A stretch of 60,782 bases of DNA from Cyanophyceae cyanobacterium. GTDB taxonomy: Bacteria > Cyanobacteriota > Cyanobacteriia > Cyanobacteriales > JBHJGN01. Positions within the stretch are counted from its first letter, which is position 1. The number at the start of each line of letters is the position of its first letter. Both the position numbers and the translations under genes were made by a program. Shown piece after piece: positions 47,665 to 58,699 of the stretch. The notes beneath the pieces were generated by a model. The model made no database searches. It had not been told where the DNA came from and saw only the letters and a list, made by a program, of their open reading frames with translations. The DNA is taken from positions 1-60,782 of the forward strand of contig JBHJGN010000056.1 in the NCBI GenBank assembly GCA_050331735.1, read 5' to 3'.

Positions 47665-48276
47665 TCAACTGTGTATTCTTGGATACGGATGCAGCGTTGA
47701 CAATATTTCACTTTCGGCCACCGCTAGTTCATCCGAGCGTTGGTTCACGCTACTTCGTTCAAAGTAGGTGTCTGCTAACACCCAATACACTCCGTAGTGA
47801 CGCGCTTCCGATGCCATCAAGCCACGATAAAACTTAGCTAACTCCGGTTCAGGACAGTGTTGCGCCAGTAACCCTAAGCGTTCGTGGGAGCGAGCCTCAA
47901 TTAAAGCCGCTACGAGGAGAGAATCGAGCAGTCTTTGCGGTTCGCTGCGGCAAATCTGTTGCTTGAGGAATGCCCCATAGGGAGCCGGTTTTAAGGGTCC
48001 AAGCGGAATGCCCCTGCGGTCTAACCACTGGTTCACCTGCTCAAAATGCTCTAATTCTTCTTGGGCGATCGCCGTTAGCTGTCGCACCAGACGCTCATTA
48101 GATGGATAGCGAAAGATCAAATTCAGCGCACATCCGGCCGCTTTGCGTTCGCAACTGGAGTGATCGAGCAAAATTATGTCTAGATGAGCGATCGCCTGCT
48201 CTATCCAAGCGGTGCTGGTAGGCTGTTTTAAAAGACGAATCGCTTGGGGTGATGAAAGCACGCTGTCTCTACTCAA
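47665..48276 (-). CDS. miaE: tRNA-(ms2io6A37) hydroxylase
   Basis: LLDHSSCERKAA, EELEHF, LIEARSHER, SEARHY, terminal RIHS. Start uncertain. Confidence 0.92.
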   Translation of the reverse strand: MSRDSVLSSPQAIRLLKQPTSTAWIEQAIAHLDIILLDHSSCERKAAGCALNLIFRYPSNERLVRQLTAIAQEELEHFEQVNQWLDRRGIPLGPLKPAPYGAFLKQQICRSEPQRLLDSLLVAALIEARSHERLGLLAQHCPEPELAKFYRGLMASEARHYGVYWVLADTYFERSSVNQRSDELAVAESEILSTLHPYPRIHS

Positions 48277-48369
48277 AATAGATTTGGTATTATATCTAAT
48301 AATAGAAGGCTAAATTTATAAATCACCATAAAGTTTTATTGTAGAGTCCCCTCTCTTTTAGCACTGCCC

Positions 48370-49140
48370 TTGATATTTAAATTCAACCAAGCAAAGACTT
48401 CTCCTCGGCAAATTATTATCGGTGACGTACACGGTCATTACGATGCTCTCATTAGTTTGCTCAAGGAAATTGCTCTCAAAGAGGATGACGACGTTTATTT
48501 TCTCGGAGATTTGATCGATCGAGGTCCGAAAAGCGCTCAGGTTGTCCAGTTTGTGATGGATAACAACTATCAATGTCTGCGGGGAAACCATGAGGAAATG
48601 CTGCTTGACGCTTTAGGGAATGGTCAGATTTGCCCGGAAGTGTTTCAAGCTTGGCTCTATAGTGGCGGTAGTGCAACCATCGCTAGCTACGGCAAGCATA
48701 TTCCCCAAGAACACATTGACTGGATCGCTGCTTTACCTACCTATCTTGACCTGGGGACGGTCTGGTTAGCCCATGCTGGCGTTCATCCCCACATTCCTCT
48801 GGCAGAACAGACCTCAGAACAGTTCTGCTGGGTCAGAGACGACTTTCACGGCATGACTCAGCCCTATTTTGCCGATAAACTGATTGTGACTGGGCACACG
48901 ATTACCTTCACGCTGCCGGGAGTCAAACCGGGTCAAATTGCGGCTGGCCCGGGTTGGCTCGATATCGAAACCGGAGCCTATCATCGCCGCAGCGGTTGGC
49001 TGACGGCCTTAGACGTGACCACAGAAACGGTTTATCAAGTCAATACCTTAGCCGGAACCTTTCGGAAACTTCCCCTCAAAAAAGCGATCGCCCAAGTAGA
49101 ACCAGCGTCGATTTCATCGCGGCGCTCGCGGGAACGATAG
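48370..49140 (+). CDS. PPP-family metallophosphoesterase (Ser/Thr protein phosphatase-like)
   Basis: GDVHG, GDLIDRGP, GNHE, HAG, GHT. Confidence 0.92.
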   Translation: MIFKFNQAKTSPRQIIIGDVHGHYDALISLLKEIALKEDDDVYFLGDLIDRGPKSAQVVQFVMDNNYQCLRGNHEEMLLDALGNGQICPEVFQAWLYSGGSATIASYGKHIPQEHIDWIAALPTYLDLGTVWLAHAGVHPHIPLAEQTSEQFCWVRDDFHGMTQPYFADKLIVTGHTITFTLPGVKPGQIAAGPGWLDIETGAYHRRSGWLTALDVTTETVYQVNTLAGTFRKLPLKKAIAQVEPASISSRRSRER

Positions 49141-49152
49141 CGCCTTCGGCGC

Positions 49153-49271
49153 GGGGGAAAGGGAAAAGGGTCAGGGGTAAAGGAAGGGAGCGATCAGCCT
49201 TGTCTTCTTTCCCTTTCCCTGTCCCGGAGGGACATTTTCCCCTTTCCCCTTTTCCCGTCCCAAAGGGACAT
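49153..49271. repeat. Purine/pyrimidine STRR-like inverted tract with two embedded GTCCC-NNN-GGGAC hairpins
   Basis: gggggaaagggaaaagggtcagggg... then ttccctttccc-tgtcccggagggaca-ttttcccctttccccttttccc-gtcccaaagggac; lies between convergent genes. Confidence 0.65.
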
Positions 49272-49275
49272 AATT

Positions 49276-50130
49276 TTAGATCAGCGGATCGACCCGATTC
49301 GCGTAGGCTTGATTGTCTAGTCCATCGCCGACGTTGGCAGATTGGGGATCGATGGCTTGTTCTAGGGCCGCAATGCGGTCTGAGGTCGCTGGATGAGTAC
49401 TTAAAAAACTCGGAGGAGAGCCGCCTTGCTGAAGCAGTTTTCTCATAAAGCTAACCATTCCTGATGGGGCATAACCAGCCTGTCGGAGAGTCTCTAAACC
49501 GAGCTGGTCGGCTTGAAATTCGTCATCGCGGCTGTTGGGGCGATTAACGGCTAAATCAACGCCAATCTGAACCGCCGTACTGGTGTCTAGTCCCGCTGCC
49601 GACAGCACACCTTGAGCGATCGCCTGCTGTCGCATTTGCTCAACGGCATGACGACTGGCAATATGACCGATTTCATGAGCCACCACGCTCGCCAGTTCCG
49701 CTTCGTTATCGGCTTTTTCAATCAACCCTGTATGAACGTAGACGTAACCGCCCATGGTGGCAAAGGCATTAACACTCTTATCTTCAACGACTTGGAAGGT
49801 GTAAGGAAGATCGCGACGAGAACTTGCTTGAGCAAGACGCTGGCCAATGCTGTTGATGTAGCGATTCAGCGGAGGATTTTGATTAAGCTTAATCCGGCCT
49901 CCTTGAATTAGCTGTTGATTGATTTGCTTGCCTAACTGTACTTCCCGCTCTGCAGACAGATTAGACAACTGCACCACCTGAATTCCCCGTAGGAGCAAAT
50001 CGAACAAGGAAAAACTATAGCTCGCCGTTGGCGCTGCTAGAGTAATGCTGACAGCGACAAGAGCAGAGAGCAGACCGTAAAACCAGCGTCTTCGAGAACG
50101 CCGCAAAACTAAAGAAAAATGCCTCAACAT
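49276..50130 (-). CDS. M48 family zinc metallopeptidase
   Basis: VNAFATMGG, ELASVVAHEIGH, EFQAD, FLSTHP. Confidence 0.93.
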   Translation of the reverse strand: MLRHFSLVLRRSRRRWFYGLLSALVAVSITLAAPTASYSFSLFDLLLRGIQVVQLSNLSAEREVQLGKQINQQLIQGGRIKLNQNPPLNRYINSIGQRLAQASSRRDLPYTFQVVEDKSVNAFATMGGYVYVHTGLIEKADNEAELASVVAHEIGHIASRHAVEQMRQQAIAQGVLSAAGLDTSTAVQIGVDLAVNRPNSRDDEFQADQLGLETLRQAGYAPSGMVSFMRKLLQQGGSPPSFLSTHPATSDRIAALEQAIDPQSANVGDGLDNQAYANRVDPLI

Positions 50131-50567
50131 AGTAAGAATTGAAGTAATATAGAGATGCTCAGTAGCTTTATAGCTGTAGACGCAGCCCAGGGCGATTAAG
50201 TTGCTATATCAAGCAACATCACTTCTCTGCGCCTAACAACACTATCAAGTAACCCCAAGAATTTCTTTCTTTAGAAAGCTGAATTTTGTGGCCACTCGTG
50301 ACACAATTGGTGTATAAATACTAACAATTTGAAGCGATGAAAGACAAAAACTATTCTTGGAAAGGCAGCCCCAATGCTGGTCTTGTGCTGTCCATCCTAG
50401 CTCTTGTTGGAGCGATCGGAATTTTCCTGGTTGGATTTTCCGGATAAAACTCAGTTGATCCAGGCCTGAAGTGGTAGAGCAGCACGAAGCTTCTACCACT
50501 TTTCATTGTTTAGAAAGTCTGCTGTAAAACGGGCTGTCGCTACCAGGTTCGAAACGGGAAGCGATCA

Positions 50568-50858
50568 TTATCCTTTCAAATTTTGGTAACAGTAGAAATT
50601 AAACAGGTCAAACAGTAGCCCAACCGAACTGCACGTTAAGCCGATTGTCATCATCCCCTCAACGGAATTTCCGCTACCAAATACGCTTAGAAAATCGAGA
50701 ATTTGATTGGCTCCAGCCTGTCCTGAGGCGGTAAAGCCAGGAACGCAGCTAACCAGAGAAAGAGTTGCCAAGGCTCCTCCTACTAAAATCGTTGGTGCTG
50801 CAAAGCTCAGGAGAGCGGTGAGCAGTAAAGAACGAAGGAGATTGGGCCAAATACTCAT
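50568..50858 (-). CDS. Conserved cyanobacterial small membrane protein
   Basis: LSFAAP...FLSVFGSG...IGLTCSSVGLLFD; start at MSIWPN. Confidence 0.7.
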   Translation of the reverse strand: MSIWPNLLRSLLLTALLSFAAPTILVGGALATLSLVSCVPGFTASGQAGANQILDFLSVFGSGNSVEGMMTIGLTCSSVGLLFDLFNFYCYQNLKG

Positions 50859-51210
50859 AGTCAATTTAAGAAAGTCCAAGTTAGCATCATCGCGACTGTA
50901 GCCAGCGATTGCTTTTTTCTAGAATAGGAGCTATTTTCGTTCTCTCGCGAAAATGACAAGAATCTTAAATCTTGCTTAAAAATCTTGGTTAACAAGCGTA
51001 AACAGTTTTAAGAAGAGCGATTAATCTACTCCCAGGACGAGGGCCAAAAATCTCAGGAAGCATGAAGAAAATTGCCTCGGACAAACGCTGGCTCTTCTTT
51101 CCTAAAGTTAGAGCATTCAGTTCCGGTTGAATCCGGGGCATCAATTAGCTGGCAATATCGCCACGAAGATCCCCAGACAGTGATAATCTAAGGAAGGGCA
51201 AATCCTTTAA

Positions 51211-52710
<1,500 letters not shown>

Positions 52711-52814
52711 CTTAAGGTTCGTTGATGGCGATTGAAGAATGACGAGAGCCGCAAAAATCGTTTTGCTCTTGAGAAGACTCAATCGCCGATTGTTCACTCA
52801 CTACTTATTTCCCT

Positions 52815-53225
52815 ATGGCATTAACGGTACGAGTCATTACCCCCGACCGAACGGTTTGGGACGATGATGCTGAAGAAATTATTTTGCCTAGCACCACAGG
52901 TCAGCTCGGAATTCTATCGGGTCACGCTCCTCTGTTAACGGCGTTAGATGTAGGCGTGATGAGAGTCCGTCCCGGTAAGGAATGGAAAGCGATCGCCCTG
53001 ATGGGAGGATTTGCCGAAATTGAAAACGATGAAGTCAAAGTCCTCGTTAACGGCGCTCAGCTAGGAGACAATATCAATAAAGAAGAGGCCCAGTCTCAGT
53101 TTGAAGAGGCTCAGAAGCGCGTCAGCGAGGCTCAAAGCAGCGACAATCGTCAACAGCAAATTCAAGCAGCCCAAGCGCTCAAGCGAGCTCGGGCTCATCT
53201 GCAAGCAGCAGGCGGAATGGTTTAG
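52815..53225 (+). CDS. atpC: F1Fo ATP synthase subunit epsilon
   Basis: [29 protein letters not shown]. Confidence 0.97.
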   Translation: MALTVRVITPDRTVWDDDAEEIILPSTTGQLGILSGHAPLLTALDVGVMRVRPGKEWKAIALMGGFAEIENDEVKVLVNGAQLGDNINKEEAQSQFEEAQKRVSEAQSSDNRQQQIQAAQALKRARAHLQAAGGMV

Positions 53226-53252
53226 GCACTGGTCCTAATTGACCCAACAAGA

Positions 53253-53280
53253 TTAGGGCAGAATTCCTGCCCTAAATTTT
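53253..53280. terminator. Terminator hairpin between convergent atpC and PSRP-3 genes
   Basis: ttagggcag-aattc-ctgccctaa-atttt. Confidence 0.75.
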
Positions 53281-53298
53281 GCGGGATTGCTTGCTGCC

Positions 53299-53601
53299 CT
53301 AATTGGTGCCTGTAAAGACCACATCTGGAAACTTGTCTTGAGCTTGAGCCATTGTTGTCTCTCGTTTATGTTCTTGCCAAAAGTTAATTACTTCTGTTGC
53401 TTTGTTGAGAATCATAATGCGCTCAGTCTCAGAAATCCAGTGCTTGGCTTCTAACTCTTGTTTTAGCTGATTCCACGCTTCGTTACGCGGCCAGAAAAAA
53501 TAAGCCGTCAGCGGGCTTGTTCCCTTGCCCACTACCTGATCGACCGCGATCGCTACATCTTTATCTAACCAAAGAACTTTGAGAATAAATCTTGAATCCA
53601 A
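53299..53601 (-). CDS. ycf65: 30S ribosomal protein PSRP-3/Ycf65
   Basis: [34 protein letters not shown] start with GGAGG upstream. Confidence 0.93.
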   Translation of the reverse strand: MDSRFILKVLWLDKDVAIAVDQVVGKGTSPLTAYFFWPRNEAWNQLKQELEAKHWISETERIMILNKATEVINFWQEHKRETTMAQAQDKFPDVVFTGTN

Positions 53602-53745
53602 TTGCCCCTCCGATTGTAGTCGGCTACTAGAACGTCAATATTACAGGAGTATATTCTAGCCTATTAAAGTGCCCGGTTCTCCGCCCTCCATCCCGGAGTC
53701 TGCTGGCACGGCCTCAGTCAGTTTGTGATGGTTTTAAGAGCGCGT

Positions 53746-54537
53746 ATGAGCAATATTGTTGTATTTGACATAGATGGCGTAGTCCGCGATGTGGCAGGCT
53801 CCTATCGACGAGCACTCGCCGACACGGTAGAAAATTTTACGGCAGGCCGGTATCGTCCTACCCAAGAAGAGATTGACCAGCTTAAAGCTGAAGGAATCTG
53901 GAACAACGATTGGCAGGCCTCTCAAGAACTCATCCACCGATATTTTCGGCAACAAGGTCAGCACGCTCAGCATCTCGACTATCACGATATTGTCGCCTTT
54001 TTTCAATCTCGCTATCTCGGCACTGACCCCAAGGAGTTTGACGGCTACATCACTTCGGAGCCGCTGCTGTTGAAGCCTCAATATCTCGCTCAGCTCGACC
54101 AGAGCGGCATTCGATGGGGCTTTTTTAGCGGGGCGACGCGCGGTTCTGCTGACTATATTTTGCGCCGGCGTTTAAAGCTAGAAGCTCCCGTCTTAATAGC
54201 TATGGAGGATGCCCCAGGAAAGCCCGATCCTACCGGTCTGCTGACCGCTGTCCGTTTACTAGAATTGAGCAGTATAGAGCTGAGTCCGGTTTTCTACGTT
54301 GGCGATACGGTCGCAGATATGTACACCGTAGCCAAAGCCAAAGCCGTTGAACCCCATCGTCTTTGGATTGGAGTTGGCATTTTACCGCCTCACGTTCAGT
54401 CTTCACCTCAGCGTCAGGATGCCTATCGTGCTGGACTCACAGAAGCTGGTGCTGCCGTGGTTTATCACAACGTGCAGCAACTGACACCGACTCAGATTGA
54501 GCAGCTTCAGGTACAAGCACAAAGCGAAGGAATCTGA
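53746..54537 (+). CDS. HAD-superfamily hydrolase (TIGR01548-like)
   Basis: FDIDGVVRDV, WNNDW, GKPDP, YVGDTVADM. Confidence 0.88.
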   Translation: MSNIVVFDIDGVVRDVAGSYRRALADTVENFTAGRYRPTQEEIDQLKAEGIWNNDWQASQELIHRYFRQQGQHAQHLDYHDIVAFFQSRYLGTDPKEFDGYITSEPLLLKPQYLAQLDQSGIRWGFFSGATRGSADYILRRRLKLEAPVLIAMEDAPGKPDPTGLLTAVRLLELSSIELSPVFYVGDTVADMYTVAKAKAVEPHRLWIGVGILPPHVQSSPQRQDAYRAGLTEAGAAVVYHNVQQLTPTQIEQLQVQAQSEGI

Positions 54538-54549
54538 AGCGCGGTGCTA

Positions 54550-55173
54550 ATGTCTTCCGACCCTCACTATGGTCTTGCTTTACACACAACTAGCCCCCAA
54601 TTGGGACTGGCCCTCAGCAACTTTGCTGGCGATACTCGTGCTCAAACTTGGGAGGTCGGACGAGAGCTATCCACCTGTTTACACCTTCATCTCAAGGAGT
54701 TTCTGGCCCCCCAGACCTGGCGGCATCTTAAGTTTGTCGCGGTTGCTAAAGGCCCCGGAGGCTTTACTAGTACGCGGATTGGCATTGTCACCGCCCGAAC
54801 CTTAGCCCAGCAGCTCAACGTTCCTCTCTTTGCAATTTCCTCTCTAGCGGTGATCGCCTGGTCCCCTGCTTCAACCACACCCACCGCTATCGAAATGACT
54901 GCCCGTCGCGGTCAGCTATTTGTCGGCATTTACCAAACTTCCCCGGATGGAACGGGTTTAGTAGAGTGCTTATCTGACCGTACGCTTAATCCCGATGCTT
55001 GGCAGCAAACGCTTGACACTTTACCAAACTACCGCCTGATTAAGGCTCCGGTCGGCTTGGGAAATACGGCCCCTAGCCTATTGGAACTAGCTCACTGGCA
55101 ATGGCACCAAGGACAGCGCCCTCACTGGTCTCACGCCCTGCCATTCTATGGTTTTCAACCAGTTGACAACTAA
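54550..55173 (+). CDS. tsaB: tRNA threonylcarbamoyladenosine biosynthesis protein TsaB
   Basis: LALHTT, VAKGPGGFTSTRIG, terminal ALPFYG. Confidence 0.9.
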   Translation: MSSDPHYGLALHTTSPQLGLALSNFAGDTRAQTWEVGRELSTCLHLHLKEFLAPQTWRHLKFVAVAKGPGGFTSTRIGIVTARTLAQQLNVPLFAISSLAVIAWSPASTTPTAIEMTARRGQLFVGIYQTSPDGTGLVECLSDRTLNPDAWQQTLDTLPNYRLIKAPVGLGNTAPSLLELAHWQWHQGQRPHWSHALPFYGFQPVDN

Positions 55174-55290
55174 ACTTGCTCCTCTCAATTCTTTTGCTCT
55201 CTACCCTTAGGAATATGAGCGACTGAAGGATTGATCAGTATATTAATGTCAATCAGTACGACAAACCACATTAGTAAAAGAATATAATGT

Positions 55291-55890
55291 ATGCAGGCTT
55301 ATCAAATCCCTCTTTCGTCGTCTCCTCCGAGAAAGAAACCCCGAATTTCTCCTGCTAGCCAAGAGAAACTGAGCGCGGATGTACTGCCCAGATTTAGTCC
55401 TTATAACCGCGGTCGCATTGCTGTATTTGTCGATGGTCAAAACCTCTTTCATGCCGCTATGCAGCTTGGCATTGAAATTGACTACATTAAGCTGTTACGT
55501 TGTTTAACGGCTGATTCTCGTCTTCTCCGGTCATTCTTCTATACTGGGTATGATACTGGCCACAATAAGCAACAGAATTTTTTGCATTGGCTGCGTCGCC
55601 ACGGCTATCGGGTAGTTGCCAAGGAACTCACTCAATTTTCCGATGGCTCTAAGAAAGCAGACATGACTGTAGAAATAGCTATCGATATGATGACGTTGGT
55701 GAGTCGTTATAATACGGCAGTTTTGGTAAGCGGGGATGGTGACTTAGCCTACGCGGTTGATGCTGTTTGCTATCAAGGAGTGCGAGTTGAGGTAGTAGGA
55801 CTGCGTTCGATGACGAGCGATCGCCTGATCAATTTTGCTGATTCTTATATTGACCTAGCAGAAATCGGTCACCAAATTCACAAAAGCTAA
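55291..55890 (+). CDS. LabA/LalA-like NYN domain protein
   Basis: VFVDGQNL, GIEIDY, GYRV, LVSGDGDL, GVRVEV, ADSYIDL. Confidence 0.9.
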   Translation: MQAYQIPLSSSPPRKKPRISPASQEKLSADVLPRFSPYNRGRIAVFVDGQNLFHAAMQLGIEIDYIKLLRCLTADSRLLRSFFYTGYDTGHNKQQNFLHWLRRHGYRVVAKELTQFSDGSKKADMTVEIAIDMMTLVSRYNTAVLVSGDGDLAYAVDAVCYQGVRVEVVGLRSMTSDRLINFADSYIDLAEIGHQIHKS

Positions 55891-55949
55891 TTATGATTAC
55901 AGATGTTGTTGGATTTGACTTATTTAATAGTCTCCCTGCTACCGCTTAT

Positions 55950-56888
55950 TTACAAATAGAAGTCTAGGGAGAGAGTGAGCAAGAAAGTGAGTAAAATAAA
56001 CAAAATAATCAGATAAAGTAGCGGTTTAAAGCGGAAAACAAGCAATAGTAAACTGACCGATTTCAAATCAACAACCGCTCCTGCTAACCCAAATGACAGG
56101 AGCGCTCCATTAGTAACGGGAAGAGAACCGATAGCAAAGGGAATAGCTGTTGAACCAGTAGACAATATCATCCCCATCGACATGGAAGCTAGAATTTGAG
56201 TCGGGCTGTTGTGTCCTAGGAAAAGGCGGTGGGGAACAAACAAATTGACAATAGCGGCGAGCGCACTCCCGACAGCTAAAGCCGGCGCTAGCTGGAGCAG
56301 TTCTTGGCGGATGTTGTTTAAAAGCCTCAACGGAATATCAGTTTGAGGCTGCTTTTGCCTAGAACTGGATAGCTCAGTAAGGCTGTTTCTGTGGCTTGGC
56401 ACCAAGAAAGTTCCAGACAAAAGAAGAGAAGATTTTAAGACTGAGTTCTGCCGACGATTTTTGTAGGCTCCAAAAATCAAGCCTAAAACGATTGCCGTTA
56501 GTAAAGCAAACGCAACTTGAAAAACGAGGTGGGATTCTGGAATGTAAGTGCCAGGGGCTTGCAAGGCTTGCCAACTCAACCAGATTGTCATCGGGTTAAC
56601 GATTGGTGCCGCCACCAGAAAACTAATGGCGACTGGCAGGGGGACTCCTTGCAAAATTAAGCGTCTGGCAACAGGAACGTTGCCGTATTGACCCACGGGT
56701 ATGACTACCCCTAGGCAACTCCCCATCACTGCACAAAACAGCGGATTTTTGGGAAAGCGATCGCTAAGCCACTGTTTTTTAATAAACACCAGCAGGAAAC
56801 TAGAAACAACAATTCCGAACAGCAGAAAAGGAAGGGCAGTCACAAATAAACTGAAAAATAGCGTCAAGGCTTGAGTAAGCTGAGTCAT
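55950..56888 (-). CDS. DUF318/ArsP-like permease (divergent)
   Basis: ALPFLLFG, GNVPVARRL, FLVAAPIVNP, VDLK. Confidence 0.82.
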   Translation of the reverse strand: MTQLTQALTLFFSLFVTALPFLLFGIVVSSFLLVFIKKQWLSDRFPKNPLFCAVMGSCLGVVIPVGQYGNVPVARRLILQGVPLPVAISFLVAAPIVNPMTIWLSWQALQAPGTYIPESHLVFQVAFALLTAIVLGLIFGAYKNRRQNSVLKSSLLLSGTFLVPSHRNSLTELSSSRQKQPQTDIPLRLLNNIRQELLQLAPALAVGSALAAIVNLFVPHRLFLGHNSPTQILASMSMGMILSTGSTAIPFAIGSLPVTNGALLSFGLAGAVVDLKSVSLLLLVFRFKPLLYLIILFILLTFLLTLSLDFYL

Positions 56889-57018
56889 GCCTAGGGGAAG
56901 CAGCGCAAATAGTCGTTAGCAATTGTAGGAGATTTTATTGCTATTGAGAATCAGCAGAGCGCCGTGGAGTGGCAGTGGTGTCGAACGACGTAAATTGTTG
57001 ATTTCTATTGATAAAGAA

Positions 57019-57046
57019 AAAGACAGTGCATCAAACACTGTCCTTT
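57019..57046 (-). terminator. Terminator downstream of ndhD1
   Basis: aaaaa-gacagtg-catcaaa-cactgtc-cttt; T-tract on the minus strand. Confidence 0.6.
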
Positions 57047-57070
57047 AATTAAACTGTGGTTTTAACCACT

Positions 57071-58648
57071 TTACTGAATCGCAGGGGCTCTCCAAACCGA
57101 TGCTGGTTCACTCTGAGCCACTGCTCCTGAACCCGCTAGCGTCGGGACAGAATCCCTCGCTACAGCGGTCAGTTGAGAAATGCTGGCATCGTAAATCTGG
57201 GTTACCAGCTTCGGATACAAACCAATACCGATAATCGGAATCAGCAAGCAGGCAATAATGAATACTTCTCGTGGTTCTGCATCGACCAGCTCTTGATGAC
57301 TGACCAATTCCTGATTCTCCGGTCCATAGAGCATCTCCCGCAGCATCGACAGTAGATAGATCGGAGTCAGAATGACGCCCACAGCAGCAAGGAAGACGAC
57401 TAGCACCTTGAAAGTGGAGTTGTAGGCATCGCTAGTGGCAAAACCAACGAAGACCATCAATTCAGCCACAAAGCCGCTCATCCCCGGTAGTGCCAGCGAA
57501 GCTAACGAACAAGTTGTCCACATGGCAAACACCTTCTTCATCCTCTGACCGACACCACCCATCTCGTCGAGCATCAGGGTATGGGTACGGTCGTAGGTAG
57601 CTCCCACCATAAAGAACAGGCTAGCTCCGATTAAGCCGTGGGAAATCATTTGCAGCATCGCGCCGCTGGTGCCTAGTCCAGTGAACGAGGAGATGCCAAT
57701 CAGGACAAAACCCATGTGAGAGATGGAGGAGTAGGCAATTTTGCGCTTCAGGTTCCGTTGAGCAAAAGAGGTCAGCGCGGCATAGATGATATTGACAACC
57801 CCTAGAATTACCAGGACGGGGGCAAATACGGCATGGGCATCGGGCAGCATTCCTACGTTCATCCGCAGCAGGGCGTAGCCCCCCATCTTGAGCAGGATAC
57901 CCGCCAGCAGCATGTGGGCAGGGGCGGTGGCTTCTCCGTGGGCATCAGGAAGCCAAGTATGCAGCGGGAAGATCGGCAGCTTCACGCCGTAGGCAATTAA
58001 AAAGCCCCCGTAGAGCAGAAGCTGAAGATTGAACCCAATATCTTTAGCGGCGATCGCACTCATATCAAAGGTGACGGTATCTCCGTAAAACGCCATTGTC
58101 AGCGCTGCCAGTAAAATAAACAGCGAGCCGCCAGCAGTATAGAGAATGAACTTTGTTGCCGCATAGAGTCGCCGCTTCCCGCCCCAAATTGACAGAATGA
58201 GATATACCGGAACGAGTTCTAGTTCCCACACCAGGAAGAATAGCAGCATGTCCTGCACCGCAAACACGGCAATCTGACCGCCGTACATCGCCAGCATGAG
58301 AAAATAGAACAGTTTTGGCTTGAAGGTCACTGGCCAAGCCGCCATCGTTGCCAAAGTTGTGATAAACCCGGTGAGGATAATCAGCGGCATCGATAGCCCA
58401 TCTGCCCCCACTGACCAGTTGAGGTCAAGCGGTCCTACCCAGGTATAGCGTTCGACTAACTGAAGTTCTGGGTTAGAGAGGTCGTACTGGGTATAAAAAG
58501 CGTAGACGATCAGCGCAAAGTCGAGCAGCCCGACGATCAGAGCATACCACCGCACCGTTTTGCCGTCCTTGTCGGGAATTAAAGGAATCAGCAATGAGGC
58601 AGCGATGGGGAAGAGAATAATTGTTGTTAGCCAGGGAAAGTTGGTCAT
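57071..58648 (-). CDS. ndhD1: NAD(P)H-quinone oxidoreductase subunit 4 (NdhD1)
   Basis: [38 protein letters not shown]; directly downstream of ndhF1. Confidence 0.96.
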   Translation of the reverse strand: MTNFPWLTTIILFPIAASLLIPLIPDKDGKTVRWYALIVGLLDFALIVYAFYTQYDLSNPELQLVERYTWVGPLDLNWSVGADGLSMPLIILTGFITTLATMAAWPVTFKPKLFYFLMLAMYGGQIAVFAVQDMLLFFLVWELELVPVYLILSIWGGKRRLYAATKFILYTAGGSLFILLAALTMAFYGDTVTFDMSAIAAKDIGFNLQLLLYGGFLIAYGVKLPIFPLHTWLPDAHGEATAPAHMLLAGILLKMGGYALLRMNVGMLPDAHAVFAPVLVILGVVNIIYAALTSFAQRNLKRKIAYSSISHMGFVLIGISSFTGLGTSGAMLQMISHGLIGASLFFMVGATYDRTHTLMLDEMGGVGQRMKKVFAMWTTCSLASLALPGMSGFVAELMVFVGFATSDAYNSTFKVLVVFLAAVGVILTPIYLLSMLREMLYGPENQELVSHQELVDAEPREVFIIACLLIPIIGIGLYPKLVTQIYDASISQLTAVARDSVPTLAGSGAVAQSEPASVWRAPAIQ

Positions 58649-58699
58649 AGTGATGAAGGTATCGGGGAGCTAGGGTAACTGCCCTTTACTCCCGTTGTT

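Noticed and set aside
48954..49448. 164-aa + strand ORF with FPFPVP repeats
   Set aside because: Arises from translating through the STRR-like repeat and overlaps two real genes.
50245..50499. 84-aa minus-strand ORF
   Set aside because: No motif, RBS or family resemblance I can support.
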